Shown piece by piece: positions 46,197 through 54,270 of a stretch of 64,000 bases of DNA. The notes beneath the pieces were generated by a model that was not told the DNA's origin, searched no databases, and saw only the letters and a list, made by a program, of their open reading frames with translations. Source of the stretch: Candidatus Eiseniibacteriota bacterium (GTDB lineage Bacteria > Eisenbacteria > RBG-16-71-46 > SZUA-252); the NCBI GenBank assembly GCA_041486775.1, contig JBGPMB010000001.1, positions 1,505 through 65,504 of the forward strand, read 5' to 3'. The translations under genes were made by a program, and so were the position numbers. How positions within the stretch are numbered: the first letter of the stretch is position 1; each line of letters opens with the position of its first letter.

Positions 46197-47015
46197 ATGA
46201 GCCGGAGAAAGAGCGACGGGAGCGGCGGTCCGGGGACCGTGCGCTACGAGGTCTACACCTGGGTTCCCGAGGACATGCTCGCGGAGTGGAACGACTGGCA
46301 CAACCGCGTTCACATCCCGCACGTGCTCGCAGCGCCCCAGATGAAGAGTGTCCGGAAGTTTCGCGTGCACGACAGCACGGGGGACCTGAGATTCCGCCCG
46401 CAATACGTGACGGTGTACGAGCTGCCGAGCGCGGCGGATTTCGAGACGTACCGCACGGGTCCCGGGGTCGCCATGAAGCGCGAGTACGACGAGCGGTACG
46501 GCGGTGTGGGGAAGATCGCCCGCATCGTCTACGTCGAGACGCCGCTCGGGCAGATTTCGCCCGCGCGCCTCCCGGAGGAGATCCCGCTCGTGCGCTCGCT
46601 GTTCGAGGAGTACGCGGAGTCCTTGGGATTCGATCTCTCCTTCCAGGATTTCGCGCGGGAGCTTCAGAGCCTCCCCGGAGACTACGCCGCGCCCGGCGGG
46701 GCGATCCTCATCGCGCGCGAAGGGGATCGAATCCTCGGCTGCGTCGCGCTCCGGCCCATGGGGCAGGGCGTCTGCGAGATGAAGCGGCTGTTCGTCCGCC
46801 CCGACGCGCGCGGGCGCGCGCTGGGGCGCGGACTCGCGGAGGCGGTGATCGCCGAAGGCGTCGCGAGGGGCCACAAGAAGATGCGGCTCGACACCGTTCC
46901 CGCCATGATCGAGGCGATCGCGCTCTACCGCTCGCTCGGCTTCAAGGCCATCGAGCCCTACCGCGCCAATCCGATCCCGGGGGCGCTCTTCTTCGAGAAG
47001 AATCTTGGCGCGTGA
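46197..47015 (+). CDS. GNAT-family N-acetyltransferase fused to an N-terminal domain of unknown function
   Basis: The C-terminal acetyl-CoA motif A is CEMKRLFVRPDARGRALGRGL. The N-terminal 120 aa (VRYEVYTWVPEDMLAEWNDWHNRVHIPHV) are unassigned. Confidence 0.75.
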   Translation: MSRRKSDGSGGPGTVRYEVYTWVPEDMLAEWNDWHNRVHIPHVLAAPQMKSVRKFRVHDSTGDLRFRPQYVTVYELPSAADFETYRTGPGVAMKREYDERYGGVGKIARIVYVETPLGQISPARLPEEIPLVRSLFEEYAESLGFDLSFQDFARELQSLPGDYAAPGGAILIAREGDRILGCVALRPMGQGVCEMKRLFVRPDARGRALGRGLAEAVIAEGVARGHKKMRLDTVPAMIEAIALYRSLGFKAIEPYRANPIPGALFFEKNLGA

Positions 47016-47025
47016 AGCCCGACCC

Positions 47026-48210
47026 ATGACGCTCCGGCGGGCGTTGAGGCGAATCGCATGGCAGAGCTTCCTGGCCGTGCCGTTCGCGATCTTCTTCAAT
47101 CTGCTCTATGGAGGCGGGTTCAAGTCCTTCGGCTCCTATTTCGCCGTCTCGCTCCTCTTCGCCTATGTGATCGGCGCCACCGTCGCGATCAATCGTGCGT
47201 GGATCCTCCCCCGGCTCCGGAAGGCGATCCGGGCCGAAGGGAATACCGGCCTTGTCATCGAGATCGGGTCCTTCGCCCTAGCGAGCATGATGGGCGCCAT
47301 CATCTCCGGCCTGATCTTGAACGCGGCTCTCGGGCACGGGCGGGCCATCTCCGGGCGCACCATCGCGAGTTTCCTCGCGTTCACGGTTCTCTTCTCCGCC
47401 CTGTTCATGGGCTGGATCTACGCGCTTCGCTTCCAGCGGCGCCTCACGGACCGCATCCGCGCCGAGGCGGAGGAGAAGGCCCGGGAAGAGCAGGAGCTTC
47501 GGATCGCGGGAGAGATCCAGCGCGCGCTCCAGCCCGGCCGTCCCCGGGTGACGCGCTCCTTCGCGGCCGCGGGAGCCGCGATCGCCTGCCGCACGATCGG
47601 CGGAGACTTCTTCGATTACTTCGATCTTCCTGGAGGACGTCTCGGATTCGCGCTGGGAGACGTGGCGGGCAAGGGACCGCCGGCGGCGCTCCTGGCCGCG
47701 ATGGTGCAGGGCATCTTCACGTCCCACGTGGACGACGGACACGGGCCCGCGGGAACCATCGAGCGCGTGAACCGCGTTCTGAACGGGCGCATCGTGGAAG
47801 GGCGGTTCGCGACCATCTTCTACGCGGTGCTCTCCCCGGACGGAACGCTCCTCTCGTGTAATGCGGGCAACAACCATCCGTACCTCGTAAGTCGCGACGG
47901 CTCGGTGCGGCGCCTCGAGAAGGGAGGGGTCCCGATCGGTCCCTTCACGGAGCCGACCTACGAGGAAGAAGAGACCGCCCTCCGTCCCGGGGACACGCTG
48001 ATCCTCTACAGCGATGGCGTGAGCGATGCGGCCGACGCCAACGACGAGCCCTTCGGCGAGGAGCGTCTGTTGAAGTCCCTGAACGGTGCCTGCGCGATGG
48101 AGCCGGAGCGGTTGATCGAGCACGTTCTGGGGGAAGTGCGCGCGTTCGCCGCGGACCGTCCGCAGTTCGACGACATCACGCTCCTCGTGGTGCGGTACGC
48201 GGGAGAGTAG
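47026..48210 (+). CDS. PP2C-family (SpoIIE/RsbU-like) serine phosphatase with N-terminal 4-TM sensor region
   Basis: GDFFDYFDL...FALGDVAGKGPPAALLAAM...ILYSDGVSDA are the PP2C metal-binding Asp motifs. The start was chosen at the Met after the GNAT stop; the ORF-track entry starts at 47005. Confidence 0.8.
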   Translation: MTLRRALRRIAWQSFLAVPFAIFFNLLYGGGFKSFGSYFAVSLLFAYVIGATVAINRAWILPRLRKAIRAEGNTGLVIEIGSFALASMMGAIISGLILNAALGHGRAISGRTIASFLAFTVLFSALFMGWIYALRFQRRLTDRIRAEAEEKAREEQELRIAGEIQRALQPGRPRVTRSFAAAGAAIACRTIGGDFFDYFDLPGGRLGFALGDVAGKGPPAALLAAMVQGIFTSHVDDGHGPAGTIERVNRVLNGRIVEGRFATIFYAVLSPDGTLLSCNAGNNHPYLVSRDGSVRRLEKGGVPIGPFTEPTYEEEETALRPGDTLILYSDGVSDAADANDEPFGEERLLKSLNGACAMEPERLIEHVLGEVRAFAADRPQFDDITLLVVRYAGE

Positions 48211-48226
48211 GCCCCTCCCGGACCCG

Positions 48227-49354
48227 CTACCCCAGCCGCTTCTGGAACCTCTTCACGCTGAAGCCGAAGAAGACGAGTGCCAGGAGGAGCAGCATCAGAG
48301 TCTGCGGCAGCACGTCGAGAAAGTTCTCTCCCTTCAAGATCACCCCGCGCAGGATCTGGAGATAATACGTGAGCGGGAACAAGAGCCCCACCTCGCGCGC
48401 CACGTGCGGCATTCCCTCACGAGGGAACATGAACCCCGAGAGGAGCACGTTGGGGAGGAAGAAGAAATAGGAGCCCTGCATCGACTGCGCCTGCGTCTTG
48501 GCGAGGGTGGAGATGAAGAGCCCCAATCCGAGATTCGCCGTGATGAAGAGGAACGTGACCGCGTAGATCACCAGAAGGCTTCCGCGGATGGGCACGTTGA
48601 AGATGAAGTGCCCCAGCGTGAGCACGGCCGTGAGCTGCACGTATCCGACCAGCACGTAGGGGGCGATCTTTCCGATCATGATCTCCCCGCGGGTGATCGG
48701 CGTCACGATGAGCTGCTCCAGCGTGCCCTGTTCCCGCTCCCGGACGACCGACATCGACGTGATGATCATCATGGTGATGGAGAGAATCATCCCGATGATG
48801 CCGGGCACGATGAAGATGGAGCTCTTGAGGGCCGGGTTGTAGAGGGGGCGGACGCGGATGTCCACCGGGGGCGTCTCGATCTTGAGCGGCGCTCCGGATC
48901 GCGCGGCAAGGATCTCGACGTTCTTCCTCTGGCCCACCAGCTGTGCCGCGGCGATCGCGTTCTGGGAGGTGTTCGGATCGGAGGCGTCCACCAGGAGCTG
49001 GGCGGTTGCCGGCCGGCCGCGCTTCAATCGGCGGGCGAAGTCCCCCGGAATCACGATGGAGGCCCGCACGGTGCCCGTGTCGATCAACCGGGTCGCCTCC
49101 TGGTAGGACGCCGCGTGCCGCGTCACGACGAAATTGTCCGTGGCCGTGAGCTTCTGGATCAGATCGCGGCTCTCCTGGGTGCGGCTCTCGTCGTAGACCG
49201 CCATCGGCAGATGTCGCACGTCCATGTGGATGGCGAAGCCGAACACCAGGAGCTGGATGACCGGGATTCCCAGCATCATCGCCACGGTGGCGCGGTCGCG
49301 GCGCATCTGGATGAACTCCTTCCAGATCATCGAGCGCAGGCGGTGGACGGTCAC
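48227..49354 (-). CDS. ABC-2 type transporter permease
   Basis: N-terminal TM helix, a large periplasmic loop, and five C-terminal TM helices (ABC2_membrane_3 architecture). The start overlaps the ATPase stop. Confidence 0.85.
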   Translation of the reverse strand: MTVHRLRSMIWKEFIQMRRDRATVAMMLGIPVIQLLVFGFAIHMDVRHLPMAVYDESRTQESRDLIQKLTATDNFVVTRHAASYQEATRLIDTGTVRASIVIPGDFARRLKRGRPATAQLLVDASDPNTSQNAIAAAQLVGQRKNVEILAARSGAPLKIETPPVDIRVRPLYNPALKSSIFIVPGIIGMILSITMMIITSMSVVREREQGTLEQLIVTPITRGEIMIGKIAPYVLVGYVQLTAVLTLGHFIFNVPIRGSLLVIYAVTFLFITANLGLGLFISTLAKTQAQSMQGSYFFFLPNVLLSGFMFPREGMPHVAREVGLLFPLTYYLQILRGVILKGENFLDVLPQTLMLLLLALVFFGFSVKRFQKRLG

Positions 49355-50142
49355 GCTCCCTCGCGCTCCTGTAACGTCACGAAGATGTCCTCGAGGCTCT
49401 GTCCGGCCCCGAAGCTCGTCTTCACTTCGGTCGGCGTGCCCACCGCCTTGAGGCGGCCCTGGGAAAGAAACGCCAGGCGATCGAATTTCTCCGCCTCGTC
49501 CATGTAGTGTGTGGTGACGATCATCGTGGTTCCCTCATCCGCGAACCCGCGGATGATCCGCCAGAAGAGCCGCCGCGCCGCGGGGTCGACCCCGGCCGTG
49601 GGCTCGTCCAGGAACACGACGGGAGGGCGGTGGAGGAGGGCGCAGGCCAGGGCGAGCCTCTGCTTGATCCCGCCGGAGAGCGTGCCGGCGAGCTGGCTGG
49701 GAGTCGCGGTGATGTGCATCGCGCCGACGGCCCAGCTCACGCGCTCGCGCCAATCCTGGTCGAGGCCGTAGACCCCGGCATAGAAGCGCAGGTTCTCCTC
49801 GATCGTGAGGTCACGGTAGAGCCCGAACGCCTGCGACATGTAGCCGATCCGGGATTTCACCGCGTCGGGGTCCTGGACGACGTCGATCCCCGCGACGCGC
49901 GCGGTGCCCGACGTGGGCTGGAGCAGGCCGCAGAGAATCCGGATGGTGGTGGTCTTTCCGGAGCCGTTGGGCCCCAGGATCCCGAAAATCTCCCCGGGCC
50001 GGATCTCGAAGGAGACGTCGTCGACCGCCGTGATCTTGCCGAACCGGCGCACGATGGAGCGAACCTCGACGACGGGGCTCGCCGGGGCGACGGTGGTCCC
50101 GCCGTGTCCGCCCGGATCAGCTTCCGGGAAGGATCCGGGCAT
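49351..50142 (-). CDS. ABC transporter ATP-binding protein
   Basis: Walker A GPNGSGKTT, signature LSGGIKQRL, Walker B VVFLDEPTAGVDP. Confidence 0.9.
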   Translation of the reverse strand: MPGSFPEADPGGHGGTTVAPASPVVEVRSIVRRFGKITAVDDVSFEIRPGEIFGILGPNGSGKTTTIRILCGLLQPTSGTARVAGIDVVQDPDAVKSRIGYMSQAFGLYRDLTIEENLRFYAGVYGLDQDWRERVSWAVGAMHITATPSQLAGTLSGGIKQRLALACALLHRPPVVFLDEPTAGVDPAARRLFWRIIRGFADEGTTMIVTTHYMDEAEKFDRLAFLSQGRLKAVGTPTEVKTSFGAGQSLEDIFVTLQEREGA

Positions 50143-51118
50143 CCGCGGGCAATCCGGGTTTGAGGCCGCCGTTCTGGGCGTCGATCGCCACCTTGACGCC
50201 GAACACGATGTTGGCGCGCTCCTCCTCGGTCAGGGCCGCGCGCGGCGTGAACTCCGCGCGCGTGGCGATCTCGATCACCCGGCCCGGGTAGGCACGGTTG
50301 TCGCCGAGAACGGTAACGGAAACCCGGTCCCCGAGGTGGACCCCCACGACCCGCGGCGCCTCGATGTAGACGCGGATCCAGAGCTTCTTCGGGTCGCCCA
50401 GGGTGAGCAGCGGCACGGTGGGGCCGACGACCTCCCCCTGCTCCACGCTCTTCAGGAGCACGACGCCGGAAATCGGCGCCGTGAGCACCAGCTCGCGCGC
50501 CTTGCTCCGCGCCGACTGGAGCCCGGCCCGGGCGGCCTCCGCGCCTTGGCGCGCCGCGTCCACCATCTGCTTGCGGTATCCGGACTCGAGCAAACGATAG
50601 CGCTGCGCGGCGCCGTCGCGGCCGGCCGCGGCTTGATCGCGCTGCGTCACGGCCCGGTCGAGGTCGGCCTGCGCGGCGAGCTGCTTCGCGAAGAGCGCCC
50701 GCACGCGGGTGAGCTCGATTTCCGCGAGGGACAGGGCGGCCACCGCGGTGTCCAGGTCCGCCTTCGCCGCGCTCCGCTCCTCGGGCCGCGGCCCCTGCTC
50801 CTGATCCCGCGCCAGGGCGCCCGCGCGCTCCACCTCGGCCTCCTGCTCGCGCACCCCGGCCGTGACCTCACCCTGCGACAGGATCACCAGCGTATCGCCG
50901 ACCTGGACCGAATCGCCCTCGTTCACCCGGATCTCCGTCACGCGTCCGCCCACCAGGGAGGCCACGTCGACCTCGTTCAGCTCGATGGTTCCGCTGCCGC
51001 GGACTCCGGAACTCCCCTTCGAGCAGCCTGCGAGGACGGCGACGAGGAGCGCTGCCGCGGGCACAAGCCGCGCTCGCGGCCGTGCCCACGTGGTCGTCAT
51101 CGTGCGGAGATTCTTCAT
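50117..51118 (-). CDS. HlyD-family periplasmic adaptor (membrane fusion protein)
   Basis: Signal/lipobox LLVAVLAGCS; a biotinyl-lipoyl-like VNEGDSVQVGDTLVIL; a long coiled-coil; the beta-barrel PISGVV. The start was chosen at MKNLRT; the ORF-track entry starts at 51154. Confidence 0.8.
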   Translation of the reverse strand: MKNLRTMTTTWARPRARLVPAAALLVAVLAGCSKGSSGVRGSGTIELNEVDVASLVGGRVTEIRVNEGDSVQVGDTLVILSQGEVTAGVREQEAEVERAGALARDQEQGPRPEERSAAKADLDTAVAALSLAEIELTRVRALFAKQLAAQADLDRAVTQRDQAAAGRDGAAQRYRLLESGYRKQMVDAARQGAEAARAGLQSARSKARELVLTAPISGVVLLKSVEQGEVVGPTVPLLTLGDPKKLWIRVYIEAPRVVGVHLGDRVSVTVLGDNRAYPGRVIEIATRAEFTPRAALTEEERANIVFGVKVAIDAQNGGLKPGLPADARILPGS

Positions 51119-51141
51119 CGCTGGTACTATATCAGCCTCCC

Positions 51142-52941
51142 ATGAAAACGGCATTCGAGGGAATCCGTCCGCGCGTCGATCCCGGCGTCACCACCCGCCG
51201 TGTCGCGCTCTCCCTGGCCGTGGCGGCGCAGGGGATGATCAATCTCTTCTCGGCGCTCCTCTCCCATCCGCCCCAGCGCCTGGTGGCGTTGCGGCGCATC
51301 GTTCCCACGACGGTGCTGGACACCAGCCGCACCTTCACGCTCCTCGCGGGCGTGCTCCTGCTCCTCACCGCCTGGGGGCTTCGGCGCGGCAAGCGGCGCG
51401 CGTTCGTGGCCGCCATGTTCCTCTGCGCGGTCTCCGTGCCGGTGAACATGCTCAAGGCGTTCGATTTCGAGGAAGCGACCGCGGCGACGGCGCTCCTGTT
51501 CGCGCTGGGGGTGAGCGGAGACGCCTTCCGGGTGAAAAGCCGCGAGCTCTCGTTGCGGGCGCTGCGGTCCCGCGCGCTCGTCGCGGCGGTTGCCTTCGCG
51601 ATCTACGCGGTGGCGGGGTGCTGGATCCTGGAATCCATCTACGGTGGGGCCGGGTCGTTCGGGCGGGCGGTGGCCGAGTCCGCCTACCGGCTCTTCGGAA
51701 TCGGTCACGAAAGCTTCACCCTTCCGTATCAGGTAGGGCCGCACGCCCGGAACGTCGTCCGGTGGTTTCTCGACTCGCTGAGCATCCTCGCGTTCACGTT
51801 CGTGGCCGGAATCGGCCTCGCCGCCTTGAAACCGGTCCAGCACCGGGGGCGCCACCGTCTCGAATCGGCCCGGGTCCAGGAGTTGCTCGAGCAATACGGT
51901 GACTCCTCGGTGGCCGCTTTCGCGCTGGCGCCCGACGCGGACTATTTCTTCAGCGCCAACGGCCGCGCAGTGATCGCCTACAGGTTCGAGTCGGACACCC
52001 TGATCGCGATCGGGGATCCGGTGGGGCCGGAGGAAGAGCACCTGCCTCTGCTCCTGGCGTTCGCGGCGCACTGCTCGGAGCGGGATTGGAGCTTCGCGCT
52101 CTTCCAGGCGCGGCCCGAGCGGCTTCCGATGTACCGCTCGCTCGGATGGCGGGCGCTCCACATCGGGGAGGACCCGATTCTCTGGACCGACCGGTTCACG
52201 CTCGAGGGCTCGGCGATGGGGGATGTGCGGCGGGCGACGCGGAAGCTCGAAGCCTCGGGCATCGAGGTACGCCATTTCGTCCCGGGGCTGAACCCGTTCG
52301 ACAGCGCCCACTCGGGCGGTCTGGTGGATCAGCTGCGACAGATCTCGAGCGAGTGGCTGGCGGAGCGGCGCGGCGGCGAAATGGGTTTCTCCATGGGGCG
52401 GTTCGATCCGCATCGCCTCTCCCGGGAATGGGTCGCGGTGGCCTGGGACAAGACGCGCCAGCGCGCGATCGCGTTCATGACGTGGGTGCCGATCTGGGCC
52501 CGCCGCGGCTGGGCGCTCGACCTCATGCGGCGGCGCGGCGACGCTCCCGCCGGGTCCATGGAATTCCTGATCGCGAAGTCGGTCGAGGCGGCCAAGGAGC
52601 GCGGCGACGCCCTGCTCTCGCTCTCGCTCTCGCCGCTGGCGATGGTGGACGGCGCGGAGGGGAAGGCTGCGGGCGACGAGGCGTTCGACAAAGGGCCGGA
52701 GCGCGCGCGCGCGTTTCTCATGCAGCATCTGGCGAGGTTCTACGAGTTCGAGGGACTGTTCCGGTGGAAGGAAAAATTCAATCCGGCGTTCGAGGATCGC
52801 TACCTGGTCTACCCGGATCCCATGGCGCTGCCTCAGGTGGCTTTGGCACTCGCCCGGGCGCAGACCTCGGGGGGCATCCGGTCCTATTTCCGTTCCCCGG
52901 ACCGCGCGGCGCCTGCCAGACAAGCTATACCAGCATCGTGA
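51142..52941 (+). CDS. MprF-like protein: aminoacyl-phosphatidylglycerol synthase C-terminal domain (DUF2156) with a shortened N-terminal membrane domain
   Basis: About 6 TM helices, then the LPG-synthase_C fold (SANGRAVIAYRFESDTLIAIGDPVGP...ERDWSFALFQARPERLPMYRSLGWRALHIGEDPILW...WVPIWARRGWALDLMRRR...YEFEGLFRWKEKFNPAFEDRYLVYP). Confidence 0.75.
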   Translation: MKTAFEGIRPRVDPGVTTRRVALSLAVAAQGMINLFSALLSHPPQRLVALRRIVPTTVLDTSRTFTLLAGVLLLLTAWGLRRGKRRAFVAAMFLCAVSVPVNMLKAFDFEEATAATALLFALGVSGDAFRVKSRELSLRALRSRALVAAVAFAIYAVAGCWILESIYGGAGSFGRAVAESAYRLFGIGHESFTLPYQVGPHARNVVRWFLDSLSILAFTFVAGIGLAALKPVQHRGRHRLESARVQELLEQYGDSSVAAFALAPDADYFFSANGRAVIAYRFESDTLIAIGDPVGPEEEHLPLLLAFAAHCSERDWSFALFQARPERLPMYRSLGWRALHIGEDPILWTDRFTLEGSAMGDVRRATRKLEASGIEVRHFVPGLNPFDSAHSGGLVDQLRQISSEWLAERRGGEMGFSMGRFDPHRLSREWVAVAWDKTRQRAIAFMTWVPIWARRGWALDLMRRRGDAPAGSMEFLIAKSVEAAKERGDALLSLSLSPLAMVDGAEGKAAGDEAFDKGPERARAFLMQHLARFYEFEGLFRWKEKFNPAFEDRYLVYPDPMALPQVALALARAQTSGGIRSYFRSPDRAAPARQAIPAS

Positions 52942-53065
52942 GTTACGGGGTGGACAGGGTCCAGTCTCGGGGCATTTCTCGAGAGGGAACCCGCCGCTTC
53001 GCGAGGGGTAGGAACACGTGGGGACGCGCCACGGATTGGCCGGGCGCAGAGGAGCCGGAGCTTTC

Positions 53066-53734
53066 GTGAATCGACAGTGGATCTTCGTAGCGTTGGTCGC
53101 CTCGGCGGCGCTCGTTTTCGCGGGCTCGTCCGAAGCAGCTAATACTGTTTCCTCCCCCCCGGCGCCCCCCCGAGCAGCCGCCTCCCCGCGGCACTCGGTG
53201 GCGGGCGCGTCGACCACCGCAACGCACGCGGCCCGATCGCGCCATGGGCGGAAGCACCATCGGCACCATACGGCCGACCGGACTCAGCTCATCGCGCGCA
53301 ATCCCATGAGTGCGGCTGGAGGATCCCCCCCACAGCCGGCTCGTCACCTCCCGCACCAGCACGCCGCGCTTCGGCCCTCATCCCATGGGTATCGCCAGCA
53401 CGAGCGCAGCAGGACGGGAAGTCACGGGCCGCAGGCGGAGTCTCCGGACCGCATCGACATATCCACGGCGACGGCGCGGCTGGATCTCCGCGCGCTGGCC
53501 ACGCCGAACTCGCACGTCGAAATGGTAAGCCGGGGCCGCGGCCCCCCGAGGGCCGGTCCCCGTCTTGATCTCACTTCTTCTCCCTCTCCGTACGAAGTTC
53601 TCGGCAGCACCGCTTTCCCGACGTACCACCCACTCACAATCGCATTCGATGTGTCCAGGGACCGGCTTGTGAGCCGGCCTCCCCACCCCGTACGCCTGGA
53701 GGGCGCGACGGTGTGTTTCGATTGCCCTCCATAG
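53066..53734 (+). CDS. Hypothetical secreted His/Pro-rich protein (weak call)
   Basis: GTG start with a GGAGG site 12 nt upstream and a signal peptide WIFVALVASAALVFAGSSEAAN. The body is low-complexity (HGRKHHRHHT). It could be a high-GC artefact. Confidence 0.25.
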   Translation: MNRQWIFVALVASAALVFAGSSEAANTVSSPPAPPRAAASPRHSVAGASTTATHAARSRHGRKHHRHHTADRTQLIARNPMSAAGGSPPQPARHLPHQHAALRPSSHGYRQHERSRTGSHGPQAESPDRIDISTATARLDLRALATPNSHVEMVSRGRGPPRAGPRLDLTSSPSPYEVLGSTAFPTYHPLTIAFDVSRDRLVSRPPHPVRLEGATVCFDCPP

Positions 53735-53744
53735 GAGACTCTCC

Positions 53745-54188
53745 ATGATTCGCTCGAACCAGATTCGCACGCTTTCCGCCTTCGCCATCGCGATCCTGCT
53801 TCCGATCGCGGCGTTCGCGGCCACGGGTACGGCCAAGTCCTCCGCGACACCGGCCCCGAAGGCTGCGGTAACCAACGCGACGGCAACCACGGCCCATTCG
53901 CACCCGGCGCACCTGGCCTCGAAGACCAAGCGCGCCCCCGCGGTGGACATCAACAGCGCGAGCAAGGAAGACCTGATGAAGCTGCCGGGCATCACCGACG
54001 AGCTCGCGCAGAAGATCATCGACGCCCGGCCGTACAAGACGAAGATGGAGCTCACCAAGAAGAACGTGCTCACGAAGCTCGAGTACGGCAAGGTGCGCGG
54101 CCACGTGATCGCGAAGCAGGAAGCCAAGACGCCGGAAGCCAAGTCGACGGAGACCACGCCCGAGACGAAGACGCCGGATTCCAAGTAG
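53745..54188 (+). CDS. ComEA-like helix-hairpin-helix DNA-binding protein, secreted
   Basis: Signal peptide; C-terminal VDINSASKEDLMKLPGITDELAQKIIDARPYKT is the ComEA tandem HhH motif; Lys/Thr/Pro-rich tail. Confidence 0.75.
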   Translation: MIRSNQIRTLSAFAIAILLPIAAFAATGTAKSSATPAPKAAVTNATATTAHSHPAHLASKTKRAPAVDINSASKEDLMKLPGITDELAQKIIDARPYKTKMELTKKNVLTKLEYGKVRGHVIAKQEAKTPEAKSTETTPETKTPDSK

Positions 54189-54206
54189 TTCGTCGTTTCT
54201 TTCTGG

Positions 54207-54255
54207 CCCGTGGAGGGGCGGAAGCCTAGAGTCTCTCCACGGGCTTTTTTATTTT
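54207..54255 (+). terminator. Rho-independent terminator after the comEA-like gene
   Basis: CCCGUGGAG-(19 nt loop)-CUCCACGGG is followed by CUUUUUUAUUUU. This is the only strong T-run in the region. Confidence 0.6.
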
Positions 54256-54270
54256 CCGTCCTCGCCGAGG

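Noticed and set aside
53378-54184. 268-aa minus-strand ORF overlapping comEA
   Set aside because: It is antisense to the ComEA-like gene, which has a clear tandem HhH motif and a terminator.
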